Shown: positions 52,346 through 61,537 of the stretch, piece after piece
Layout: every line of letters starts with the position of its first letter
How positions within the stretch are numbered: the stretch's first letter is position 1
Origin: Myxococcota bacterium
Lineage (GTDB): Bacteria > Myxococcota > UBA4151
Reading direction: 5' to 3'
Length of the DNA stretch: 64,000 nt
Assembly (NCBI GenBank): GCA_036338695.1
Contig: JAYZBQ010000048.1
Span: 382,951-446,950, forward strand
Translations under genes and position numbers: made by a program
Notes under the pieces: generated by a model
The model's input: the letters and a program-made list of their open reading frames with translations, nothing else
What the model was told of the DNA's origin: nothing
The model's database searches: none

Positions 52346-54994
52346 ATGCGAGCGCTTGCGATCGGTTGTGTCTGTTTGGTGGCGTCAACAGCGGACGCAC
52401 AGCGCCGCGATATGAGCCGGTACTCTGAGGTGCAGCACGTGGTCCTCCCGAAGGGGATGAGCACCCAGACTCGTATCGAGCGGGTGCCACTTCAGGCGGC
52501 GTTTGACGTCATCGTTCCTCGGGCGAAGTTTGAGCTGCTGGCGCGGCTGCAACAAAAGAAACCCAACCTGGTGGACCGGATCAACGAGGTGCCTCAGCCC
52601 AAACGGGCACCGAGGCGCTATCGATACAGCGTCAAGATGTACAACTTTGACGTCTGGGCTCGAGTGATCTCCGGGCGAGTTCATCTCTACATCGCTCGCG
52701 ATCGAGCGCCGTATGGTGGTGGCATCGAGATGCCCATGATGCCGTACTACCCGGAGGTCGAGGTCCCCGAGCTTCTCGTGGGTGAGCCTGCCTATTTTCC
52801 GCTCGACGCCCGCTCCATCCGTGATCAAGTGCTCGCCCGCGGCAAGACCCTCACGGACCCCGCAGCTCAAGAACAGCAAAAAGCGTTTGCGTTGCAGGTG
52901 TTTCGGGCTGCTCAAGAGTACAACGGGGCACTTGAGTTCCTCGATCAGCCCGAACTGCAAGAGTCTCAGCTCAAGGCGATGTCTGAGCGGGCGCAGCGCG
53001 CGGCGCTCTTGTTCGGTCGTCACGAAGAGGGTTTTAACGCTCGCCATCTCGTCGGAGAGATCCTGTTTGAGCTCGCCGCGGTCGAGGGTGAGTGGGATCG
53101 CGCGATCAGTCACCTGACCAAGCTGGTCAAAGAGATCCCCGAGACGTTTGACCCCGATCAACAGCTCCGCTTTCAGCGAGCCGTATATCGTTTGGGTCGG
53201 GCGCGCTATGAGCGCAATAAGGCTGGCGACCTTGACGAGGCGGCGAGGCGGTTTAACCAGGCTGGTCGAACCTGGCGTAACCAAAGCCAGGCGAAAATAG
53301 CGTCCTACATCGCCTCGTTGCCAGAGGGTGAGTTGAAGGCTCGTGAGCTCGGCGACGAGTCGCTCAGCGCGGCCAAAGAGCTGGCGTCCGCCGCAGAGGT
53401 CGCCGAGCTTGAGACGCGAATTCAGCTCGATAAAACCACCAAGCAAGAGGGGTTGATCCGCAACTTTCTGACCTTGCGCGGTGAGCTCGCTGACGTCGCG
53501 CGCTACCGCCTCGGTACGCGTCTGTACTCGTTGCGGCGATTTAGCCTGGCTGCGCCGCTGCTCGCCGAGGCTTATCGCTTGGCGCCTGCGCTGGCGCAGC
53601 AGCAACCCGCGATGGCGCTGATCGTCGCTGAGAGTTTACGGATCGTCGGGAAAGATCGGGCGAGTCGTGACCTGATCCGTGCGATCACGGCGCAGCTTGA
53701 GGAGGTGACGCAAGACAGCGAGCAGAAGGTTGACCCGCTCGACGCCCCCGCCTTCGCCTTTGCCCTCATCCGGTCGGGTGATCTCGCATGGCAAGATGGT
53801 GACCGCAAGGAGGCGGAGCGCCTGTACTCTCGGGCGATCGAGGACTTTCCTAAGACCGAGGGTGGCTATCTCGCCCGAATACGCTTGGTCGAGGTCACGG
53901 GTGAGGTCCAGGCGGAGGACTTTCCGGCAGAGGTCTATCGGCGCCTCCAGAGCGCCGTGAGTCGGCTGAGCGATGCCAGCGCCGAAGAGAGCATGTACCG
54001 CGAGGCGCGGGCGCGCTTCTTGAGAGGGGACTACGCCGTTGCGCATGAGAAGCTGCTTCAGATTCAAGATGAATTCGTCGACAGCTTTTTGCTGAGCCAG
54101 GATTCGCTGCTGCTCGATCGCACCCGGTTGAGCCTGATGGAAGAGTTCGCCAACCGTGAAGAATACGCTGAAGTGGTCGAAGCCTTCGTGCTCACCGACG
54201 AGAAGATCGATCAGAGCCCCGTCGGCTCGAGGACCTTGTATCTTGGCGGCTTGGCCCTCAGTCAGATGGGGCTTCACCGACAGGCGATCAAAGCGTTTCA
54301 GCGCGCTCTAGCGACACCCACTGTACGCGCTGATGGGAATCAAGAAGAGCAGGTGCTGGTGGCTTTGAGCCGCTCGTACATGCACAATCTTGACCTCTTC
54401 CGCGCCCGCCAAACGCTTGAGTATCAAGCGGCGCTTTATCCGAAAGGGCAGCGCATCGGCGAGATGTGGTTGCTGCGCGGCGAGGTCGAAGAGGTCGCTA
54501 AGCGCCCCGACCGCGCCATCAGCGCCTACACGCAAGCCTCCAAGCTCCTCAAAGAGGAGATCCAGCGAGCGAATGTGTTGCTGCGCATTGGGCGGCTCGA
54601 GTCCGCGCGCGGCGCGTCGGGAAGCGCTGCGTCCGTGCTCGGCCGAGCTGTCGCCTTGTTCGATCGAGTGGACGCTGAGCAGGTGCTGCCCGGGCATCTC
54701 GACGCCATCTTTGAGATGGGCGATTCTTTTTACCGCCTACGGAACTGGCGGCAGGCTGCCAAAGCTTATGATTTAGCGGGTAAAATGGCGCCCAAGCGCG
54801 ATGAGCGTCGGTCGATGGCGAGTTTCCGAATTGGTGAGATACGGGCTATTTTGGGTGATCTGGCAGGCGCCTTGCAAGACTGGAAGAGGCTCGCAGCGAG
54901 CGGCAAGGGCTTATGGGAGACCATGGCCGCTGGCGCCGTTGAAGACCTGACCTGGCGGCTACGTCACGACGGTCTCTTGAGCGAACGGAGGTAG
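52346..54994 (+). CDS. Large exported tetratricopeptide-repeat protein
   Basis: Signal-peptide-like N-terminus; many TPR-like helices (e.g. ALIRSGDLAWQDGDRKEAERLYSRAIEDFP); stop 1 nt before flgB. Confidence 0.8.
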   Translation: MRALAIGCVCLVASTADAQRRDMSRYSEVQHVVLPKGMSTQTRIERVPLQAAFDVIVPRAKFELLARLQQKKPNLVDRINEVPQPKRAPRRYRYSVKMYNFDVWARVISGRVHLYIARDRAPYGGGIEMPMMPYYPEVEVPELLVGEPAYFPLDARSIRDQVLARGKTLTDPAAQEQQKAFALQVFRAAQEYNGALEFLDQPELQESQLKAMSERAQRAALLFGRHEEGFNARHLVGEILFELAAVEGEWDRAISHLTKLVKEIPETFDPDQQLRFQRAVYRLGRARYERNKAGDLDEAARRFNQAGRTWRNQSQAKIASYIASLPEGELKARELGDESLSAAKELASAAEVAELETRIQLDKTTKQEGLIRNFLTLRGELADVARYRLGTRLYSLRRFSLAAPLLAEAYRLAPALAQQQPAMALIVAESLRIVGKDRASRDLIRAITAQLEEVTQDSEQKVDPLDAPAFAFALIRSGDLAWQDGDRKEAERLYSRAIEDFPKTEGGYLARIRLVEVTGEVQAEDFPAEVYRRLQSAVSRLSDASAEESMYREARARFLRGDYAVAHEKLLQIQDEFVDSFLLSQDSLLLDRTRLSLMEEFANREEYAEVVEAFVLTDEKIDQSPVGSRTLYLGGLALSQMGLHRQAIKAFQRALATPTVRADGNQEEQVLVALSRSYMHNLDLFRARQTLEYQAALYPKGQRIGEMWLLRGEVEEVAKRPDRAISAYTQASKLLKEEIQRANVLLRIGRLESARGASGSAASVLGRAVALFDRVDAEQVLPGHLDAIFEMGDSFYRLRNWRQAAKAYDLAGKMAPKRDERRSMASFRIGEIRAILGDLAGALQDWKRLAASGKGLWETMAAGAVEDLTWRLRHDGLLSERR

Positions 54995-54995
54995 C

Positions 54996-55391
54996 ATGGA
55001 CCGAGTATCCAAAGCCGCAGCGCTTGCGATGAGCTTACGCATGGAGCGAAGCGCCGTCTTGGTGGCGAACATCGCCAACAAAGATACCCCGGGCTATACG
55101 CCGCTCGAGCTCTCGTTTTCGGACGCCATGAAGGACGCTTTATCGGGGCGCGTTGAGCGGGCAAGCCTGGCTGCACCCGACCAGGGCGTAGGGGTGCGCG
55201 GCGAGCCGGATCGTGGGCGCGGAGAGGTGGTCTTTGATCCTGGGCGCGTGCCCGGTGAGGACGGCAACTCGGTCGATCTCGATCGCGAGATCAATCGTCA
55301 GGTCGACAACGCCATCGGTTATCAGGCGGCAGCCAAGATCATCAAGAAAAAGCAGGGTTTTATGAGCTATGCCCTCAGCACGAAAGGGTAG
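54996..55391 (+). CDS. flgB: Flagellar basal-body rod protein FlgB
   Basis: NIANKDTPGY, DGNSVDLDRE. Confidence 0.93.
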   Translation: MDRVSKAAALAMSLRMERSAVLVANIANKDTPGYTPLELSFSDAMKDALSGRVERASLAAPDQGVGVRGEPDRGRGEVVFDPGRVPGEDGNSVDLDREINRQVDNAIGYQAAAKIIKKKQGFMSYALSTKG

Positions 55392-55397
55392 TGAGCG

Positions 55398-55835
55398 ATG
55401 AATTTGAGGACGATTTTGAGGCTCAATTCGGCGGCGATGGGCGTCGCTCGAACCCGGCTTAATGTGACCGCCGCCAACATGGCGAACGCCGAGACCACGC
55501 GCACCCCCGAAGGGGGTCCTTACAAGCGGCGTATCGTGAGCGTCGAAGCGCAACCGCTGAAAGACGACGAGGGACACCCGATCGGTCGGCAGCATGGCTT
55601 GACCTTGCGAGAGCCTACGGCGCTCAAGATCGAGATGGATCAGGGGCCGAACCGCATGGTCTATGACCCGAGCCACCCCGACGCCGACGCCGACGGCTAT
55701 GTCGCCAAACCCAACGTCGACGTCGTAACCGAGATGGTGAACATGATGGCGGCGACGCGCGCCTACCAAGCCGCCACCAACGCCACCAAGAGTGTCAAGT
55801 CCATGGCGCAAAGCGCGCTGAACATCGTCAGCTAA
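55398..55835 (+). CDS. flgC: Flagellar basal-body rod protein FlgC
   Basis: NMANAETT..GGPYKRR, YDPSHPDA..GYV..PNV..EMVNMM. Confidence 0.96.
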   Translation: MNLRTILRLNSAAMGVARTRLNVTAANMANAETTRTPEGGPYKRRIVSVEAQPLKDDEGHPIGRQHGLTLREPTALKIEMDQGPNRMVYDPSHPDADADGYVAKPNVDVVTEMVNMMAATRAYQAATNATKSVKSMAQSALNIVS

Positions 55836-55845
55836 GGAGACGCCC

Positions 55846-56130
55846 ATGAAGATACGTCCAGATCTGGTTGCACCGGTCAAAATTGCGGGAGCTCAACAAG
55901 GCAATTCGTCGGGTAAAGGCTTCGCTGACTTGCTCGCTCAAAAAGTCGCTGAGGTGGATCAGACGATGCGGGTAGCTGATCAGCAAAGCGCCGAGTTACT
56001 CGCCGGAACAGGCTCGATTCATGAGACCATGATCGCCCTTGAAGAGGCGGGCATCAAGTTGCGCATGGCCGGCGCAGTCAGAGACCGCGTGGTGAGCGCA
56101 TACCAAGACCTCACGCGCATGCAGATCTAA
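55846..56130 (+). CDS. fliE: Flagellar hook-basal body protein FliE
   Basis: IHETMIALEEA...VRDRVVSAYQDLTRMQI. Confidence 0.93.
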   Translation: MKIRPDLVAPVKIAGAQQGNSSGKGFADLLAQKVAEVDQTMRVADQQSAELLAGTGSIHETMIALEEAGIKLRMAGAVRDRVVSAYQDLTRMQI

Positions 56131-56139
56131 GGGTAATCG

Positions 56140-57714
56140 ATGGACGCTCTTCGCGATTACGCCAGACAATTGGCGCAAATCTGGGACAATATGAGCAGCC
56201 GTCAGCGCACCGCGCTCGTCGGTCTGGCGTCGGTCGTTTTGATCGCGCTGACCTGGATCAGCGTCGGGCAACGACCGCAAGCGATGCAGATCTTGTTTGC
56301 GGACCTCGAGCCGGCGGACGCTGCGGCGATTCGCGACGCGCTCGAGGCGCGCAATGAGCCTTTTGAGCTGACCGATCAAGGCCGCTCGATTCGGGTGATG
56401 CAAGGGCGCGTGCATCCCTTGCGTATCGACCTGACGGCGGAGGGGCTGCCGAGAGGCGGCGGGGTCGGGTTTGAGCTCTTTGATCAAGGCGGCTTGGCGA
56501 TGAGCCAGTTCCTGCAAAACGTCAATTACCGGCGCGCGCTGGAAGGTGAGCTGGCGCGCACCGTTTCGAGTCTTGATGAGGTGCGCAGCGCGCGCATTCA
56601 CCTCGTGATCCCCAAGCGGAGGGTGTTCGCTGATGAGCAGGAGCGACCGACCGCGTCGGTGGTGCTGCACCTTGGCGGGACCGGGCTGGGGAATCGATCG
56701 GTCAAGGGGGTCGCCCACCTGATCGCCTCAGCCGTCGAGGGGATGGACGCACGTGACGTCACGATTATGGACCAGCGAGGCGCCGTCCTTCAGCGGGCTC
56801 AAGAGGACGAGGGCTTCGCCGCCATGAGTCAGTATGAAGAGCAGGTCCGCACGCGTGAGCGCGACCTCGAGCGGCGCGTGGTCGCGTTGCTTGAGCCGAT
56901 GCTCGGCGTTGGAAACGTCCGGGTTCAAGCCAGTATGGACTATGACTTTGATGCGGTTCAAAGAACGGTCGATAAATACGACCCCGAGCGACAGGTCGTT
57001 CGAAGCGAAGAGCGGACCGAAGAGGATCGCACGATCGAAGGCGCTAGGCCGGCGCAAGGAGGTCAAGCGGGCGCTGAGGCGAACGAGCCGGGCGCTCAGC
57101 AGACGGTTGCCGCCGCAGGCGGTGCCTCCGCCACGAAGCGAGGCACGGAGCGCACCAACTATGAGATCGACAAAACCACCGAGGTGGTCGTTCGGCAAAG
57201 CGGTGTGCTCAAGCGTTTGAGCTTGGCGGTTCTCGTCAATGATCAATCCGAGGCGGCGGGTGGGCAGCAAGCCCAGCCCATCCCGGAGGCGACCAAGAAG
57301 CTGATCGAAGACCTCGTCACCAGCGCGGTCGGCTTTGATCAGCAGCGTGGCGACACCATCAAGGTGGCGGCGAGCCCGTTTCGAACCAACGGCCTTGAGC
57401 TCCCGGAGCCGGGGGTTGACTTCGCCGGCCTGATGCCGCTCGTCCAGGGCGTCGTCGCTGTGATCATCGCCTTGATGGTCGTGTTCATGGTCGTGCGCCC
57501 CTTGCTGCGCCAGCTCGCTGAGATTCGTCCTGAGCTGGTCGAGGCTGCCGCCTTACCGGGGACCGTTGAAGATGTCGCTAAGCGTCTCGAGGAGGCGGAG
57601 CGAGAGGCGGCGAGCCGGAAGCTGCTCGAGCAGCGCAACGCGGTGGTAGAGTACGCCTCGGAGGAACCTGAGAAGACCGCCGAGATCCTGCGCGGATGGC
57701 TGACCGAGGGGTGA
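56140..57714 (+). CDS. fliF: Flagellar MS-ring protein FliF
   Basis: Two TMs, GFELFD, RALEGELARTV, ARIHLVIP, ASVVL, NYEID. Confidence 0.95.
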   Translation: MDALRDYARQLAQIWDNMSSRQRTALVGLASVVLIALTWISVGQRPQAMQILFADLEPADAAAIRDALEARNEPFELTDQGRSIRVMQGRVHPLRIDLTAEGLPRGGGVGFELFDQGGLAMSQFLQNVNYRRALEGELARTVSSLDEVRSARIHLVIPKRRVFADEQERPTASVVLHLGGTGLGNRSVKGVAHLIASAVEGMDARDVTIMDQRGAVLQRAQEDEGFAAMSQYEEQVRTRERDLERRVVALLEPMLGVGNVRVQASMDYDFDAVQRTVDKYDPERQVVRSEERTEEDRTIEGARPAQGGQAGAEANEPGAQQTVAAAGGASATKRGTERTNYEIDKTTEVVVRQSGVLKRLSLAVLVNDQSEAAGGQQAQPIPEATKKLIEDLVTSAVGFDQQRGDTIKVAASPFRTNGLELPEPGVDFAGLMPLVQGVVAVIIALMVVFMVVRPLLRQLAEIRPELVEAAALPGTVEDVAKRLEEAEREAASRKLLEQRNAVVEYASEEPEKTAEILRGWLTEG

Positions 57715-57720
57715 TGAGGC

Positions 57721-58707
57721 GTGGCTGAAGAAGAGGGACAGAAGCTAAGCGGCGCGCAAAAGTCCGCCATCTTGTTACTCGCCATGGGCGAGGAGGCTGC
57801 CGTTCAGGTCATGCGCAACATGCGTGACGATGAGGTCAGCCAGATCGGTGAGGCGGCGGCTGGCTTATCGGGTTTGGACGCGACCACCGCCGAGCATGTC
57901 CTCGAAGAGTTTGCTGAGATTATTGGCTCGAGCTTCAACCTCTCGGGCTCCGACGAGTACGTCTACCGCTTGAGCGTACGCGCCTTTGGCGAGGATAAGG
58001 CGACGAAGCTGCTCAAGGAGAACGAGGGCGAGGCGCTCTTTCGCGAGCGCATTGAGCGCATCGACCCGGTCGCGCTGGCTGGTATTCTTAAAAAAGAGCA
58101 GCCGCAGACGATCGCGATGGTGATGAGCAGCCTCGGGACGGAGCGGGCGAGCCGGGTCCTGGTGCACCTCGACCGCGACCTGCGACAAGACATTGCGCTG
58201 CGCCTGGCGCATCTGGACCGCATGTCACCGGACACGCTGCGCGAGATTCAAACGGCGCTCGCCGATGAGCTCGGCAATTTTGCAGCTGGTAAGGTGAATG
58301 GACGCGAGTACGTCGCCGAGATGTTGATCGCGATGAGCCGTGATGACCGCGACGAGATCCTCAACGCCATCTCGGACACCGACGTCGAGCTGGGCGAAGA
58401 GATCCGTAAGCAGATGTTCACCTTTGATGACCTGCTCAACCTCGACCCACGCGGGATGCAGCGCCTCGGGCGCGACGTCGACAACGCCAACCTGATGCTC
58501 GCGCTCAAGACCGCGAGCGAACAGATGAAATCGCATTGGTTCAACTCGATGTCTGCGCGCGCTGCGCAGATGCTCCAAGAGGACCTTGAGGCGATGGGGC
58601 CGGCGCGCCTTCGAGAGGTGGAAGACGCGCAGCAAAAGATCGTGCAGACGGCGCTGTCGCTCGCTGAGTCGGGGGAGCTCGACCTCGGTGGCGATGAGAT
58701 GGTGTAG
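57721..58707 (+). CDS. fliG: Flagellar motor switch protein FliG
   Basis: GAQKSAILLLAMG, EQPQTIA, MFTFDDL, MSARAA, EVEDAQ. Confidence 0.95.
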   Translation: MAEEEGQKLSGAQKSAILLLAMGEEAAVQVMRNMRDDEVSQIGEAAAGLSGLDATTAEHVLEEFAEIIGSSFNLSGSDEYVYRLSVRAFGEDKATKLLKENEGEALFRERIERIDPVALAGILKKEQPQTIAMVMSSLGTERASRVLVHLDRDLRQDIALRLAHLDRMSPDTLREIQTALADELGNFAAGKVNGREYVAEMLIAMSRDDRDEILNAISDTDVELGEEIRKQMFTFDDLLNLDPRGMQRLGRDVDNANLMLALKTASEQMKSHWFNSMSARAAQMLQEDLEAMGPARLREVEDAQQKIVQTALSLAESGELDLGGDEMV

Positions 58708-58709
58708 CC

Positions 58710-59531
58710 ATGATGAAGGGACATCGCGAGCGCACTGGCTCGATCGTACAGCAGATCGACGACCAAGAGATCAAGCCGACCCTCTTCGGCGCCGCTCTAC
58801 CTGGTGCAGGCGAGGTAGCCGCTCTCGATCTGCCTCAGGCGGTGGCTGAGTCTGGTGAGGAGATCGACCCAAGAAACTTAGCGCTGTTGGTGCGCCCTGA
58901 GCGTTATCAGGAGCGGGTGACTCGACAGCAAGAGGCGCTGGCAGAGCGTGAGCAGCGTTTGAACCAGCAGGCGACCGAGCTCGCTGAGCGCGAAGCTGAT
59001 CTAGGCGCTCGTGAAGAGGCGCTGCTCGCCCGCCAAAATGAGGTCGAGTCCTTAGTCCTCACGGCGGTCGAGGAGCGGGTCGAGCAGCTCAGCGAAGAGC
59101 GACTCGGTGATGACCGCGCCCGGCTGGTTGCGAGTGTGACCCAGCTCGAGGCGGTCGCGCACGGTCTGATCGATCAGGCGCGCGTGGATCTGCTCGAGCT
59201 GGCGGTTAAAATAGCGGGTAAAGTGATCGGCGCTGAGCTCGAGGCGAAACCGCAGCTGTTGGTCGGGCTGATCCGATCGGCTCTTGAGTCGGCGGCGCCC
59301 AAAGGGCGCGTGACGCTCAGGTTGCATCCAAAAGACCATGGGATCTTGATGCGGCGTGGCCCGCAGGTTTTGGGTCGTTTGCCCGCCGGTGTTCAGGTTC
59401 AACTCGCCGCTGATGAGCAGGTCGACCGAGGTGGTGTGATCATCGAATCTGGCGCAGGGCGGCTCGACGCGCGCATCGCCGAGCGGCTCAGCCGCGTGGG
59501 CGCCCAACTCGCCGAGTTGACGGAGCCCTAA
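58710..59531 (+). CDS. fliH: Flagellar assembly protein FliH
   Basis: Coiled coil, LRLHPKD, GGVIIES..GRLDA; lies between fliG and fliI. Confidence 0.88.
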   Translation: MMKGHRERTGSIVQQIDDQEIKPTLFGAALPGAGEVAALDLPQAVAESGEEIDPRNLALLVRPERYQERVTRQQEALAEREQRLNQQATELAEREADLGAREEALLARQNEVESLVLTAVEERVEQLSEERLGDDRARLVASVTQLEAVAHGLIDQARVDLLELAVKIAGKVIGAELEAKPQLLVGLIRSALESAAPKGRVTLRLHPKDHGILMRRGPQVLGRLPAGVQVQLAADEQVDRGGVIIESGAGRLDARIAERLSRVGAQLAELTEP

Positions 59532-60866
59532 ATGAGCATGGCAGGGGCACGGCTGTTTGATTTTGAGCGCGTCGATCAGCTCCTAACGGAGGCCGAGCCG
59601 CTGCCGCGTCGAGGTTCCGTCTTGAGGGCTTCGGCGCATCTCGTGACGGTCGAGTTACCCGGCGTCAAAGTGGGGCAGCAGGTCTTATTAGGGCACCCGC
59701 GACTCAAACGGCTCGGTGAGGTCGTGGCGGTTGAGCAGCGTCATGCGCTGGTCATGCCCTACTCAGCGGTCTCAGGTGTCCGCTCGGGTATGCCGGTCGA
59801 GTCGCTCCCGCGCGCCGACCGCGTCTCGGTCGGCAGCGCCTATCTCGGCCGAGTGGTCGATGCGCTCGGGCAGCCCTTGGACGGACGCGGCCCGATCCGG
59901 GGTCAGGCGCGTCGCCCCTTGCGCGGGCAGGCACCCAACCCCCTCACCCGTCGCCGTATCGACCGCGTGATCCCTGTCGGTGTCCGCGTCGTCGATGCGC
60001 TGTGTACGCTCGGTGAGGGTCAGCGTGTCGGGATTTTTGCGGGCTCCGGCGTCGGTAAGTCGACGCTCCTAGGCATGATGGCGCGGCATGCCGAATGCGA
60101 TGCGGTCGTGATCGCACTCGTGGGTGAGCGAGGGCGGGAGGTCCGTGAATTCGTCGAGCGCGACTTGGGCGAGGAAGGCCGGGCGCGCGCCGCGATGATC
60201 GTCGCAACCTCGGACCAAAGCCCGGTCTTGCGCATTCGCGCCGCAGAGTATGCGGTGGCGCTCGCCGAGCAGCTGCGCCACGAGGGGCAGCGGGTGCTGT
60301 TCTTGATGGACTCCGTTACGCGCTACGCCCACGCCCTGCGCGAGGTCGGCTTGGCCTCGAATGAGCCGCCAGCCACCCGAGGCTATCCGCCGTCGGTGTT
60401 CGCTGCGCTGCCGGCGCTGCTTGAGCGCTTAGGAAATGATGAAGGCGCCGGCTCGATCACGGCGCTCGTTACCGTTTTGGTCGAGGGTGATGACCTCGAT
60501 GAGCCGATCTCAGACACCGTGCGTGGCGTACTCGACGGCCACTTGGTCCTTAGTCGTCAGCTCGCTGAGCAGGCCGTCTGGCCTGCCGTGGACCCGCTGG
60601 TCAGCTTGAGCCGCCTCGCCGCCCAGATCACCACCCCTGAGCATCGTCAGGCGGCGCAGCGCTTTCGCACGCTCATGGCGCGCTTTCGCAACGCCGAGGA
60701 GTTGGTGCGCTTAGGCGCCTACACGAGGGGGAGCGACCCCGAGGTCGACTACATGCTTGAGCGCCAGGAGGCCGTGCGCGCGTTGTTGTGTCAGCTGGCT
60801 GACGAGACCAGCGATCTGTCAGAGACGGTCGCGGCGCTGAGCGCGTTGGTTGAGGGGGCGCCATGA
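59532..60866 (+). CDS. fliI: Flagellar export ATPase FliI
   Basis: FAGSGVGKSTLL, GERGREV, MDSVTRYA, GYPPSVF, LDGHLVLSR. Confidence 0.95.
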   Translation: MSMAGARLFDFERVDQLLTEAEPLPRRGSVLRASAHLVTVELPGVKVGQQVLLGHPRLKRLGEVVAVEQRHALVMPYSAVSGVRSGMPVESLPRADRVSVGSAYLGRVVDALGQPLDGRGPIRGQARRPLRGQAPNPLTRRRIDRVIPVGVRVVDALCTLGEGQRVGIFAGSGVGKSTLLGMMARHAECDAVVIALVGERGREVREFVERDLGEEGRARAAMIVATSDQSPVLRIRAAEYAVALAEQLRHEGQRVLFLMDSVTRYAHALREVGLASNEPPATRGYPPSVFAALPALLERLGNDEGAGSITALVTVLVEGDDLDEPISDTVRGVLDGHLVLSRQLAEQAVWPAVDPLVSLSRLAAQITTPEHRQAAQRFRTLMARFRNAEELVRLGAYTRGSDPEVDYMLERQEAVRALLCQLADETSDLSETVAALSALVEGAP

Positions 60867-61537
60867 AGCTGTGGATGATTCTGGGTCTAGCCGCACCGCT
60901 CAGCATCGCTGCGCCCTTCGCTATTCCGCTTCTGGCGCAGGATCAGGCGGCGACTCAAGCCGCTGCGCCGGAGAAGAAGAAAGAGGCGACGCCTAGCGAG
61001 GCCGCGACCGCCAAAGAAGAGGCTGAGCTCGCCGACTCACGCCGGCGGCGGGCCATGATCAACGACGTCGTTCGTTGTCCGAAACGCCCCACCGAGAACC
61101 AGTTCCGTACCTACAACCTACTCAATGACCAAATGATCAAGCTCAAGCAGCAGCGCGCGCGCCTCGAGGCAGCTGAGCGACGTCTGGCAGATCTGCCGCG
61201 TCAGATGCTCTCCAAGAATCAAGAGTTGCTAAAGCTTCAGCGCCTTCTTGACGAAAAACTGACTGATAAGGAGGTCAAAGAAGCTGAGGCGCGTGCCGAG
61301 CGGATCCGCAAGCTGGTGAAGATCCTCGAGGTCATGCAGCCGGCCGCTGGCGCTAAGACGGCCACCGGGATCACGATGGAGCTGCTCGTCGAGTTGTTGC
61401 TCCGGATGAAGCCCAAGAAGGCAGCTGCCATCTTGAACCTGGTCCCAGGCCCGCTCGCTTCGAGAACCTTCGAAGAGGTCAGTAACCGCAAGAAGGGGCT
61501 CATCGAGGCGCTTCTTGAACGGGTAGGAGGAAATTGA
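60863..61537 (+). CDS. MotE/FlbB/YlxF-like flagellar protein (coiled coil + MgtE_N-like domain)
   Basis: N-terminal signal/TM, coiled coil, KLVKILEVMQP...LLRMKPKKAAAIL. Confidence 0.75.
   Translation: MKLWMILGLAAPLSIAAPFAIPLLAQDQAATQAAAPEKKKEATPSEAATAKEEAELADSRRRRAMINDVVRCPKRPTENQFRTYNLLNDQMIKLKQQRARLEAAERRLADLPRQMLSKNQELLKLQRLLDEKLTDKEVKEAEARAERIRKLVKILEVMQPAAGAKTATGITMELLVELLLRMKPKKAAAILNLVPGPLASRTFEEVSNRKKGLIEALLERVGGN

Noticed and set aside
54996..60866. Non-flagellar type III injectisome interpretation of fliF/fliH/fliI
   Set aside because: flgB, flgC, fliE, fliG and downstream flgD are flagellum-specific
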